Shown here one piece after another: positions 9,397-18,578 of a stretch of DNA of 64,000 bases. The first letter of the stretch is position 1. The number at the start of each line of letters is the position of its first letter. The DNA is from an uncultured virus (IMG/VR IMGVR_UViG_3300036835_000208) (lineage: Duplodnaviria > Heunggongvirae > Uroviricota > Caudoviricetes): IMG/VR virus record IMGVR_UViG_3300036835_000208, one strand, 5' to 3'. The notes below the pieces were generated by a model that was not told where the DNA came from, did not search any database, and worked only from the letters and a program-made list of their open reading frames with translations. The translations under genes were made by a program, and so were the position numbers.

Positions 9397-10173
9397 TCAA
9401 CCTCCTTTCAGTTTAGGTTGCGGCATCCTAGCGAGCAGCCGTTGAATGTCAAGCCCATTATCGTGCTTCCATCTAGCCATATCATTTACTACTGCCCAGG
9501 CCTCATCACAGTAGCGTTTGATGAAGTCGTTGGAGACCTGTATTTCATTTCCCCAGGTGAGCACATAAAAATTGTCCAGGTCATAGCGCTTGGCAAAAAC
9601 AAGATGCTCGCCCCAGGTACCGGGCAAGTAGGCGGCTCGATCGGTGTCCAGGGGTACTTCCCAGCGACCGAGCTGGTACTGCTCCTGTGCCGCCAGAGGC
9701 AAGGCCAGGCCCAGGAACACGCCACCCAGGAGATAGCAAGCCTGACGGAGCTGAGCCTGGTCGAGAGGATCCAGCTCACCGTAGACCGCGATCTTGTGGA
9801 AGTACATCCAGGACGGTTTTGTAAATCCCCTACGTTGCCAGTGCTTCAGCATCCTCAGCACGGACAGCCCCTTGTCCCGCACATCACCGGGGCGCTTGCT
9901 ATCGGTCAGGGTCAGGTAGTGCTTGACGACATCGGCCTCATTCATAGCCGACGAGCGACGGGTCTCTATCCTGCGCAAGCGAGTCAGGCAATGAGCCTGA
10001 GCCACGGTCACGCAATTTTGCCATTTGTGATTTCCCCAGACTCCGTTTGGGAAAGCCGCCCTGCCCTTGTCAAAATCGTATTTCTCCGGAACGTAGGAAA
10101 CATCGAGGAAGGCCCCGAGGTCGATAGTACGCTCGTCATGTTCGTAGGGAAGCTTCCCCAGTTTCAGAGTCAA
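9397..10173 (-). CDS. papain-like cysteine peptidase
   Basis: GN..WQNCVTVA (catalytic Cys), WGEHLV (His), LTWG. Confidence 0.6.
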   Translation of the reverse strand: MTLKLGKLPYEHDERTIDLGAFLDVSYVPEKYDFDKGRAAFPNGVWGNHKWQNCVTVAQAHCLTRLRRIETRRSSAMNEADVVKHYLTLTDSKRPGDVRDKGLSVLRMLKHWQRRGFTKPSWMYFHKIAVYGELDPLDQAQLRQACYLLGGVFLGLALPLAAQEQYQLGRWEVPLDTDRAAYLPGTWGEHLVFAKRYDLDNFYVLTWGNEIQVSNDFIKRYCDEAWAVVNDMARWKHDNGLDIQRLLARMPQPKLKGG

Positions 10174-10340
10174 TCCCTGTCCCTTTCCAAAAAGACAAAT
10201 CGCGCTAGCCTACCCCAGAATCCTCTCTTCTCTTTGATGTCGTTCCTCTCCACCAGATGAGACTCAGTGGGCTGATGACGTAGCCAGCGCCAAATTCTCC
10301 GCAGCAACAGCCAGAGAACGAGTACGGCCTTCCAGGACAC
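10170..10340 (-). CDS. small hydrophobic/basic protein (56 aa), possibly holin-like
   Basis: Manual translation MSWKAVLVLWLLLRRIWRWLRHQ...GFWGRLARFVFLERDRD. Fills the gap between lysis genes. Confidence 0.4.
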   Translation of the reverse strand: MSWKAVLVLWLLLRRIWRWLRHQPTESHLVERNDIKEKRGFWGRLARFVFLERDRD

Positions 10341-10346
10341 GCACGT

Positions 10347-11486
10347 TCACGCCTGTCGGTACAAATTGATAGCCGTTCCATCAAAAGCCCACTCACCCGC
10401 ATGAGGTAGGCCCTTGGGGATCTTCGATGTCCTCAGAACCTCATGCGTTTTCCCGCCGTACCATCCTGTCGGCTGACAGGCCACGTATCTTTCTTGAAAT
10501 TCGGCCACGCCTGGCCCGTTCTTGGAGCTGCCGTGCGAGAATGAGTTTGAGTAATTCTCGTCGAACTCTTGCCACGTCCACAATCCCATTCTAGAAATTG
10601 CTCTTTTCACTGCCTTGACATCCGGCCCCGGTTTTGACGGGGATTTACCCTGCGCGGCTGAGTCCGGGGGATAGAGAGCACGCTGAAAGGGCAGATCGGG
10701 AGGTTTGCTTTCTGGGGGCATGGGGTCAGGAGGCAGCGGGGTGTCCCCGGCCGAGACACGGAGCACCGATTCACTCAGCGCTTCAACTGCTCCAGGCGTG
10801 GCCTGCTCCAGTATGTAAGGGACGACTCCGACTCCGTAGGTGTAAGAGTCATTATTGTAAATCTGTGGATCCGGAACGCTTCCATTCGTGGGGTAGACCT
10901 GTACCAACGGCCTTTGCCGATCCTTCGGCCAGCCCCACGACTCCATGAAGGGGACGGCCGCTGCAATCGTTGCTGTCCCATCCGTCACCTCTAGGGAGAA
11001 ACACTGCGGCATCATCGTGCAACCGGCCTGACGGGCTCCTGTGCCGTCTGAGGCCCATCTGGGGGTAGTGGTCAGTCCTAGCTCACACTGCCATTCCGGG
11101 ATCAGCGAACGAAATACATCCATGTAGCGATTGCACATAGAAAAACGAGGAGAAGATACATCTCCGTGGGCATCATATGGCTCTTCGCAATTCGCTATGA
11201 ATTTGTTTAATCCCAGATCCGTTACTGCCTGGACATGACGACGGGCCTCTCCCTCGACATCCTGACCATCACACCAGGCCCAGCCCGCTACATCCAGTCC
11301 TGCCTCTCTGGCCTCCCTGATTACACGAGCAGCATGTGAGCCATCAGGATCGACCCGAGGGTAGCCTGTACCCCAGGCGATCTGCGGGCAAACGATCCTG
11401 ATACAGCCCATAGGGAGGATGTGCTCGATGTGGACATTCTCCGAGGTGGCTGTAAAGCCGCAACCGATCCAGGCATCAGGATTCAT
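10347..11486 (-). CDS. endolysin-like protein: glycoside-hydrolase TIM barrel + C-terminal PG-binding domain
   Basis: AGLDVAGWAW, FIANCEEPY, MMPQCF, Pro linker, DVKAVKRAIS..GVAEFQ..TGWYG. Confidence 0.65.
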   Translation of the reverse strand: MNPDAWIGCGFTATSENVHIEHILPMGCIRIVCPQIAWGTGYPRVDPDGSHAARVIREAREAGLDVAGWAWCDGQDVEGEARRHVQAVTDLGLNKFIANCEEPYDAHGDVSSPRFSMCNRYMDVFRSLIPEWQCELGLTTTPRWASDGTGARQAGCTMMPQCFSLEVTDGTATIAAAVPFMESWGWPKDRQRPLVQVYPTNGSVPDPQIYNNDSYTYGVGVVPYILEQATPGAVEALSESVLRVSAGDTPLPPDPMPPESKPPDLPFQRALYPPDSAAQGKSPSKPGPDVKAVKRAISRMGLWTWQEFDENYSNSFSHGSSKNGPGVAEFQERYVACQPTGWYGGKTHEVLRTSKIPKGLPHAGEWAFDGTAINLYRQA

Positions 11487-12310
11487 TTTGCTGGCCTCAC
11501 AACTGCCACCAGATCCCCTCTGTAGTACAGGGCCACGCTATAAGGCCCGGCTTCGCTTCCATGTGAAACCCATTTGCTTGTTGAGTTATTACCTGCGACG
11601 TAGCAGGTGACGACGTGAGTGGTGTTGGAGGGGCTGGTACCGTAGATCGCAAGATCACCGACCTGGAAGGAGGAGCCTGTGTATTTGGGGTTGTTGATAA
11701 GAGTCCCAGTATAGCCACTACCGTTGTAATTAGAATGGTTAGGGTCATCCCAGCCCGCTTCATAAAAACAGGCCGTGGCGTGCCCGCTACAGTCACAGGT
11801 AAATCCATTTTCAGGAGAGACACCGAGATGATTCATCGGCCTGTTTTGCGAATAGTGAATTTTCGGCTCGTTGTTGATCGAGCGCCGCGCGTAATCGGTC
11901 AGTGCAGCAGCCCCACCTCCACCCCCGGAGGGCTTGTACTTCTTGAGCAGATCCAGCGCCGTCTTGTCTAGGAGGGGCTCACCGCTGTGGGGGAGCCCAT
12001 CTGGGACGAGACTTGTACGGATGGCGTTGAAGGTGTCGTTTCCGACCACTCCATCGTCGCCAAGGTCGGACTGACGTTGAAATCCCTTAACTCCTGAATC
12101 ACCAACGTTACCACCTGATTGTCCATTAGCGAAGGATTTACTATAGGTATCATCAAAAGATTGCCAAGGCCATCGCCCTCCACGAGATACGGCCCGCTTA
12201 TAGGCAACAATATCGTCTCCATCTTCACACCCCACTTTCACCAGGCGCGGAAGCTTTATGTCTGGCGGATTTTGGTTTTTCGGGTAGGGCGTCTGATACC
12301 ACTCAGGCAT
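11483..12310 (-). CDS. endolysin: PG-binding domain + NlpC/P60/CHAP-like peptidase
   Basis: VKGFQRQ..DGVVGNDT PG-binding motif, YSQ..R, DCSG, GYTGT, GDL, THV, SHGS. Confidence 0.8.
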   Translation of the reverse strand: MPEWYQTPYPKNQNPPDIKLPRLVKVGCEDGDDIVAYKRAVSRGGRWPWQSFDDTYSKSFANGQSGGNVGDSGVKGFQRQSDLGDDGVVGNDTFNAIRTSLVPDGLPHSGEPLLDKTALDLLKKYKPSGGGGGAAALTDYARRSINNEPKIHYSQNRPMNHLGVSPENGFTCDCSGHATACFYEAGWDDPNHSNYNGSGYTGTLINNPKYTGSSFQVGDLAIYGTSPSNTTHVVTCYVAGNNSTSKWVSHGSEAGPYSVALYYRGDLVAVVRPAK

Positions 12311-12503
12311 CGCTTTTTGCCTCCTCATCTCCGATCTCATCAGCAGGTGGACGGAGCCAGGGGCCAAGATCCCGATAGCCCTCCAGAATCTGCTGTGCCA
12401 CATTGGCCACAGCAATACGAATCACATCATCGTCAAACATCAGCTCATTTATGAATACCTGAATTTCCTCTTCAGCCCTTCTTATTTCTTCTTTCATCGT
12501 CAC
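12303..12503 (-). CDS. small acidic hypothetical protein
   Basis: 66 aa filling the gap between tail and lysin genes. Confidence 0.5.
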   Translation of the reverse strand: MTMKEEIRRAEEEIQVFINELMFDDDVIRIAVANVAQQILEGYRDLGPWLRPPADEIGDEEAKSDA

Positions 12504-12508
12504 CCCAA

Positions 12509-13465
12509 TCAGTCTTTCAAAAGCCGCAAGAAAATAGGTGATTTGTCTCCCGGTATCAGACCGGGGCCAGCACGAGTGTAGGCATCACCACTACCTGACA
12601 AAAATCCTCGTACTCCGAATGCTTTGGTACCGGCTGTTGGAACCCAGCGCTTCCAGAGGTTGATTCCATTCTCGGCACCCGTGGCTGAGGACATCCTTTG
12701 CCTGCCTATCTCCGGGCCGGGAGTAGAATCAATATAGAGGACAAAAATAGCCTCCAGGTCTGTCCCCGATGTCCAGTCCACCAAAGGAACATAGCAGTGC
12801 AGCAAATAGGTGGTCAAGCCGTCAACGGTAATAGCCGGTGCAGTTACAATTTCATTAGCAGTACCGTCAGTAGTCGCTGTGATATGGACATCGCTCGTGT
12901 GCTCGGTGTGACTAATCAGACTACTCACCGCAACGGCTCCCAGCCCGATCTTGGTATCACGGCGAACCTTGGTGTCGATGCCAGCAGAGGAAATTGTAGA
13001 CCCACTGACGAGGACATTAGCCAGCAGTGTTGTATTGGAAGGGATCGCTGCCGCGCCTGACAGGTTCGTGAGATCGGCCCCTGCGGTCGGTGTCCCGGCG
13101 ATGACTTTAAACTGCCCTTTCTTTCCAGAGCCGACCGGATCATCCTGAGATTCGTCAGTGACCAGAAAAACAACACGATCGACTCTAGGCTGAGCAGCAG
13201 GAGCGGTGAAATTGTTAGCCCAGTCGGGATTGGTAGCACCGGATTTGGACAGGGCTGAGTTTTTGACACAGCGCACATCTCCGGGGCCGTACTGGACATA
13301 GGCCCTGCCAGCCGTCACCTGCACACCCAGAGTGGCCGGGGACTGCGGCTGTACCTGGACATCACCGGAGACTGCTCCCGGTGAAAAAAGATCAGACAGC
13401 CATTCGTAAACGACATCGTAGTCGAACCAGATGTTCGGATCCTTCAATGGAAAAACTTGTAGCAT
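12509..13465 (-). CDS. minor tail protein
   Basis: LGVQVTAGRAYV, PRVDRVV, GTP, LLANVLV motifs typical of actinophage minor tail proteins, plus position. Confidence 0.7.
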   Translation of the reverse strand: MLQVFPLKDPNIWFDYDVVYEWLSDLFSPGAVSGDVQVQPQSPATLGVQVTAGRAYVQYGPGDVRCVKNSALSKSGATNPDWANNFTAPAAQPRVDRVVFLVTDESQDDPVGSGKKGQFKVIAGTPTAGADLTNLSGAAAIPSNTTLLANVLVSGSTISSAGIDTKVRRDTKIGLGAVAVSSLISHTEHTSDVHITATTDGTANEIVTAPAITVDGLTTYLLHCYVPLVDWTSGTDLEAIFVLYIDSTPGPEIGRQRMSSATGAENGINLWKRWVPTAGTKAFGVRGFLSGSGDAYTRAGPGLIPGDKSPIFLRLLKD

Positions 13466-14430
13466 TACGGCGTATGCACCGCCGGGTAGACACGGATGAT
13501 CCAGTTGAGCGTGATGAAGGCTGGCCGATCTTGATTATTTGTATCTCCCGATGTTTTTGCATTGACCTGAATGTCCGAGGGGTCAGAAGCCGAAGGGCCA
13601 ATGTGCGCAGGATTGATCGGCCGGTCATAGAGGTGATGGTGTGAGGCCGCACGTTGCGCATTGGCCAGGCCGTCGTTCTTGTTGAGTGCGTTGTGATGGA
13701 CATGCGCTCCTACACCGACGATCATCCGTCCCTGGATGTCGGGGATGTTGAAGCTGGATCCTGAGCCCCCGAAGGCATAGCCGAGGACATTGAACAGCGC
13801 CGCGTAGGTTGTGGTGGAAAGCGAGCGGCCATTGCAGATCATGTAATTGACAGGCTCGGAGCTACCAGGCCAGGCCGAGATCAGTCCTACCTGGGGATCA
13901 ACTGCTCCCCCTCCACCACCCCCGCCCCCACTAACGCCAGGAATGGTAATATCAAGACGACCGGAAGCTGGATTGTCGGTGACGGTTACACCAGATCCCT
14001 GGAAGTTGAGCGTATTGCGGGAAGGCATGGTGCTGCCCTCATCCTGAATGGCAATTACAGCCCCGGCTAGGTTTGTACTCCAGACCGGGACAGCATCAGT
14101 GCCGAGGTTGATCTCCAGACGGTTCGTGGACGAGTTGACGATGACCAGACCATAGGGTCGAGAGCCTGCCGGGATAGCGTCCCTCTGCGCCGTCGTAAAC
14201 TGACCGGGCACGATCCCGCCCAGCCCTCGGACAATGCCGTCTGCGCGTAGAGCAGCAGAGAGGCGGGCCTCCGATGCCCCGTACTTCAAGAGCTGGATGG
14301 TGCCGTCCCCGATGCGGACTGTAGCCAGGTCGATCGTCTGCGTGAAATCAGACAGACCAGCAGCAGCATCCTGAATCGCGTTCAAGTCTCCGGCATAGAG
14401 GCGACCGTTAGGGGCAGCACCAGTTGCCAC
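13465..14430 (-). CDS. tail fiber protein with tail-collar domain
   Basis: VGLISAWPG..P.NYMICNG..S.TTYAALFNVLG..FG...FNIPDIQGR, P..TLNWII. Confidence 0.88.
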   Translation of the reverse strand: MATGAAPNGRLYAGDLNAIQDAAAGLSDFTQTIDLATVRIGDGTIQLLKYGASEARLSAALRADGIVRGLGGIVPGQFTTAQRDAIPAGSRPYGLVIVNSSTNRLEINLGTDAVPVWSTNLAGAVIAIQDEGSTMPSRNTLNFQGSGVTVTDNPASGRLDITIPGVSGGGGGGGGAVDPQVGLISAWPGSSEPVNYMICNGRSLSTTTYAALFNVLGYAFGGSGSSFNIPDIQGRMIVGVGAHVHHNALNKNDGLANAQRAASHHHLYDRPINPAHIGPSASDPSDIQVNAKTSGDTNNQDRPAFITLNWIIRVYPAVHTP

Positions 14431-14463
14431 AAATGTTTTTACTTTTTGAATTTCAATCGCCTC

Positions 14464-16365
14464 CTATCCGGTAAGGATATCCCGTCCGGTATTGTAGCGT
14501 TGCTGTATTTGTTCTGGAGTCAGCCAGTTTTGCGAGAGCGAGACATAGCCTATGTTGCCCTGGAAGGTTGAGGAGTTGAACCCATCGTCACCAATCCACA
14601 ACGGCGTGCTAGTGCTGACACACGTTCCAGCAGAATCGACCACAGTCTGATCTACCGCATTTATGTAAATCTTGACATTTGACCCGGCCTTCTGGACGAC
14701 CAGATAGTAAAGACTGTTGTCAAGGTAATTGCTGGAGTGGGCCAGAAGTACCCCACCAGGAATCGCCACCCGGATCTGATCTCCACCCACTTGCACAAAG
14801 AAAGCACCGACGCCCTTGGAAACCAGATAGCCGTTGACACCAGCAGCAGTACGCTTGAACCAGCACTCGAAGCACCAGTTGTCACCGAGGTCTAGTCGAG
14901 GATGATCAGGTACCTGAATCCGCCCACCGGCAAGAAGAACGTTCTTGCTCGGCCTGGCTGCAATCGGTACCGAAGTTAAAATTGTCAGATCATCCACTGC
15001 GGCCGTACCTTCCGAAGCCATCAGGATCGGTCTGACCGTAGTCAGATTAGCATGAGTATTGTCAGTCCCCTCTATGACCTTGAACCACTGGCCACCGCTT
15101 CTGCGCCAGGCAGTAACTTTGCTCTTATCGTAGAAAATACCGAGGTCATCCCCGGCTAGAAACGTGGTCGCTGTTCCACCCAGGGTAGAGATCGTTCCAT
15201 TGATGACGCGATTAATGGAAATGTTGGCATTGCCGCCCGGGAAGCTGAGCACGACCTTGTACCAGTTGTCCGTTCCTCCCCCGGTGGGATCACCCAGACC
15301 TATCTGTATCTGCTGGCCGGACGGGGGAAGTGTCGACACCTTGACCGAAACACCAGAGGGGAAGGGATAGGAAGCTGAAGAGTAATACGTGGTGCTGGCT
15401 ACACCGCCGATATTCTTGGCCTGATTAGAACGCACCGCCCAGGAGCCGATCCACGTCGTCCAGCCTGTCATCGGCGGGCCTTGATCAGCCCGGTTGAAGT
15501 TATCAATTACAGAGCCGGCGCTGATGTAATTAATAGCTGGCTGTTGGTCGTTGACCAGCAAGGCCAGGTTGTCAAGCGTGTAGGCCCCACTGTACGTCCC
15601 GTGCAATGCATCGTAGGCGTAGTCGAGCGCCAGCGTACCCGTAGAAGCTACATCGTTCAGCTTCCAAAAGCCGTTTGGCTCCAGCATGTCGTAGGTCTCC
15701 CACTCATAGTTGAGCGGAGACGGCTTGCCGGTCGTGATCAGTCGGGTAATCCCAGCCGGGGTGAAATGGTCAAGATCCCGCTGCAATGCAAATACATCCG
15801 GTGTAAAATCCGAGTCGATACAGACGTTGTAGCGGAAGCGAGGGATGTCCTCGTAGATCCGGTACATATCCTTGACCAGCCCGGGCTCGCCGTAGATCGG
15901 CACACCGGGGACTCCTGCTACTCCACCCTCCGGGCCGAGATCGACGCCAGGCGGGAACAGCTTGATCGGCTCGCCATAGGCCAGCGAGAACAGATAGCTC
16001 TCCACGATGTTCCTGCGCTGTGTTCTTGTAAATGGGCCTTTGCGCAACCTGGCCAGTACCGCGTCTCTACGCTGCTGGAGCGTCTGATTAGGCGGATTCA
16101 TGGCCAGCCCGACTTCGCGCTCCCACTCGTCCAGGAATTGCGAGGAGGTCTGTGCGAAACGCTCAGCCCAGATCAGATCGAGCTGATCCTGGCCAAGCTG
16201 AATCCAGTCTGAGAAGATTCTGCGCAGAAGCCCCCAGTTGGAATCCTGATTGCCGGGAAAGAACTTGGGTGGCTCCTCGGCAATGAAACTCCACTCAGCA
16301 TCGGTCAGCGGTTTCTCAGCCGGGAGTATCGGTTGCTGTGTAATTGGATTGAGTTCTGTGGTCAT
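14464..16365 (-). CDS. baseplate wedge (YmfQ/DUF2313, P2 gpI-like) fused to LamG/lectin domains
   Basis: LDEWEREVGL..QRRDAVLARLR, TPAG, FWKLND, C-terminal LamG-type motifs. Confidence 0.8.
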   Translation of the reverse strand: MTTELNPITQQPILPAEKPLTDAEWSFIAEEPPKFFPGNQDSNWGLLRRIFSDWIQLGQDQLDLIWAERFAQTSSQFLDEWEREVGLAMNPPNQTLQQRRDAVLARLRKGPFTRTQRRNIVESYLFSLAYGEPIKLFPPGVDLGPEGGVAGVPGVPIYGEPGLVKDMYRIYEDIPRFRYNVCIDSDFTPDVFALQRDLDHFTPAGITRLITTGKPSPLNYEWETYDMLEPNGFWKLNDVASTGTLALDYAYDALHGTYSGAYTLDNLALLVNDQQPAINYISAGSVIDNFNRADQGPPMTGWTTWIGSWAVRSNQAKNIGGVASTTYYSSASYPFPSGVSVKVSTLPPSGQQIQIGLGDPTGGGTDNWYKVVLSFPGGNANISINRVINGTISTLGGTATTFLAGDDLGIFYDKSKVTAWRRSGGQWFKVIEGTDNTHANLTTVRPILMASEGTAAVDDLTILTSVPIAARPSKNVLLAGGRIQVPDHPRLDLGDNWCFECWFKRTAAGVNGYLVSKGVGAFFVQVGGDQIRVAIPGGVLLAHSSNYLDNSLYYLVVQKAGSNVKIYINAVDQTVVDSAGTCVSTSTPLWIGDDGFNSSTFQGNIGYVSLSQNWLTPEQIQQRYNTGRDILTG

Positions 16366-17781
16366 CTAGGTTACCGTGACGGTGCCGGGGATGAATTTCT
16401 GAGTGGAGGACGAGGTTTGATTTGTCGTCGGTGATGTGACGACTACATCCAGAACACCAGGCAAGCCGTAGACCGCATCGACAATCGCCGCCACGTAAAG
16501 AGTACCGCCGACTGGGATGCCCTCGATCAGGTCGGCAATTGCCTGCTGTATCGAAGGTGTAATGTCGACGAGGGTGTGAGTGGTATCAGGAGTCACGTCC
16601 ACTGTCACCGGCCGGATGCTAGGTGTAAACGTAGAGACGTGGATGGTGATGTTGGCGATGTCCTCGGCCTTGAGGAAATTGTAAACCTGCGTGACGATAC
16701 TGGGATCGGGAATCGCACCGCCTGGCCCTGCAATCCTAACCGTGACATGACCATTCGTTGGTACACCAAGGTTGTCGTTTTCAAAGACGGTGGCAGATTC
16801 CACACCTTCAATCGACTCGGCCCAGGATTCGAGGTCGGCTGCAGAGCCGGTCTGTGGATCGGCAATAGCCGTCATCAGCCTGATCCGATAGTCCTCCAGC
16901 TCCTCCGGATCGGATCCGCCGGTAAAGGCCATCAGATTTGTTACATCTGTAAAACCGGAGGGAAGGTCGATGATGATGTTGACCATACCGGGGACGATGT
17001 TTCCATCCGTGCCTACGGACTCGGCTATGGCACCGACCGTGACCGAATGAGCCGTATCCACCACAGGAGCGGATGCGCCTAGAGAAGCGTCCAACACGTT
17101 ATCGGTAAATGTGGTGGCCGTGTTGTTGGCCAGCGTGGTCACGAGCAGGTATGGCCCACTGCCGTTCTTCTGTCTGTAAATCTTGCGCGAGATAGTTCCC
17201 GGCCCACCGATCGGGATAGCAGTCAGGTCGATTTGCTGAGCTGTAACTGCCGTGGCATTGGAATCAATGCTCTGCAACGACTCCCCGGAGGCCGTCACAT
17301 ACGTGACCGCGTACTCATAGGTACCGGACAGATTCCCCGCCGTCGCATTCACGGCCGAGACAGGAGGTGTCGGCGTCCCCGGAGAGGGAATCTGTGCGTC
17401 ACCCATCAGCTCAAAGGCGATGGGCTGTAGACCGAATCCCCGTGGTGCTCCTACCAGCGACCCAGCAGGAGCAAAATCACCATCGCCGCCGGTCAGCGTT
17501 ACTTGACCTGACGCATACGTACCCAGCTTGCGCGGGACGGCATACATCTCACCGAACATCGCCAGGGCAGCACCAGAGGCTGTCTGGGGGAAGCAGTCCT
17601 GGAGAAGAAGTTGATTGGCCAGCAGGACATTTTCAATCTGCCCTGACTCAATCGCAAACAGGATATAGGTAATGCCGTCCGTGCCGATGTAGGCATCCGA
17701 GATCGCCCCTTGCAGCTCGGCCAGCATGTCTACCGTAATTTGCTGCCGGGACTGGTAGAGCGCAGTGTTGTTGATTGGCAT
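16366..17781 (-). CDS. baseplate J-like wedge protein
   Basis: TASGAALAMFGE, RK.GTYASG, GGSDPEELEDYRIR, WAESIEGV, VYGLPGV. Confidence 0.92.
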   Translation of the reverse strand: MPINNTALYQSRQQITVDMLAELQGAISDAYIGTDGITYILFAIESGQIENVLLANQLLLQDCFPQTASGAALAMFGEMYAVPRKLGTYASGQVTLTGGDGDFAPAGSLVGAPRGFGLQPIAFELMGDAQIPSPGTPTPPVSAVNATAGNLSGTYEYAVTYVTASGESLQSIDSNATAVTAQQIDLTAIPIGGPGTISRKIYRQKNGSGPYLLVTTLANNTATTFTDNVLDASLGASAPVVDTAHSVTVGAIAESVGTDGNIVPGMVNIIIDLPSGFTDVTNLMAFTGGSDPEELEDYRIRLMTAIADPQTGSAADLESWAESIEGVESATVFENDNLGVPTNGHVTVRIAGPGGAIPDPSIVTQVYNFLKAEDIANITIHVSTFTPSIRPVTVDVTPDTTHTLVDITPSIQQAIADLIEGIPVGGTLYVAAIVDAVYGLPGVLDVVVTSPTTNQTSSSTQKFIPGTVTVT

Positions 17782-17790
17782 AGTGCTCCT

Positions 17791-18192
17791 TTAGGGAAGC
17801 GTCACCGAGAGTCGGATCAGCTCACCAGGCAACGGGGCAACGTCAGGCGTCAGCCACAAGTAATCGACAATGACCTGGATCCGATCAAGCGGCTGTGGAA
17901 TGATGTGGATGTCCCTGATTTGAATTTCATTACGGATCGGATCAAGAGCCTCACGCACCAGGCCGTCGATATCACCTTCAGCCTCGGGCATGTCCTCGGA
18001 CAGAACCAAGTCGAGACGGCTGCCCAGTGTGCCTGCTTCATCGAACAGCCAGGAGCCACGCAGCATTCGCAAGCGCGTGATGATGCGCTGATTTATCAAC
18101 TCGATCCCGTCAACATAATCGAGGTCACGGTTAGAGGCAAAGAGCAAATCACCCGCCCGACTCATGGCGATATCCCAGGGAATGTCAATCAC
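17791..18192 (-). CDS. baseplate wedge/sheath initiator (gp25/gp46-like)
   Basis: GDL..DL..VDG..LINQRI..RL..GSW..GSRL, position before J. Confidence 0.75.
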   Translation of the reverse strand: MIDIPWDIAMSRAGDLLFASNRDLDYVDGIELINQRIITRLRMLRGSWLFDEAGTLGSRLDLVLSEDMPEAEGDIDGLVREALDPIRNEIQIRDIHIIPQPLDRIQVIVDYLWLTPDVAPLPGELIRLSVTLP

Positions 18193-18578
18193 TCTCCCTC
18201 ATCAATGGCAAAGTTGGTGCTGTTGAGAGCACCGAGACAACGGGGCATCCTGTTCGACCCCATTTCCCTAACGACGATGACCAGCTCTCCGACCTTCGGC
18301 ACCTTCAGCCTGGCCGTGGCTATCTTCACATCGGTAAAATAGTCGCCCCAGCCCCAGCCGGTGTTCTTCGGTGTCTCGTCGTAGTATTTCACTTCATACT
18401 CGAATCCATAGAGCGGAATCGGAACATCCTCCAGCTCTTTGATCCAGACCAGCCTGTTGTTGAGATCGTTCTTAGTAACGCGACTGATGATTACAGGGTC
18501 GCTGCGTCGTCCAGCAATTTCCTTCGTCAGCTTGGTGACGAACTCTCTGATCGAATCCCATTCGTGATCTTCAAGCAT
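18189..18578 (-). CDS. putative baseplate spike (OB-fold)
   Basis: PKVGELVIV...PRCLG motif, position between hub and wedge. Confidence 0.55.
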   Translation of the reverse strand: MLEDHEWDSIREFVTKLTKEIAGRRSDPVIISRVTKNDLNNRLVWIKELEDVPIPLYGFEYEVKYYDETPKNTGWGWGDYFTDVKIATARLKVPKVGELVIVVREMGSNRMPRCLGALNSTNFAIDEGE

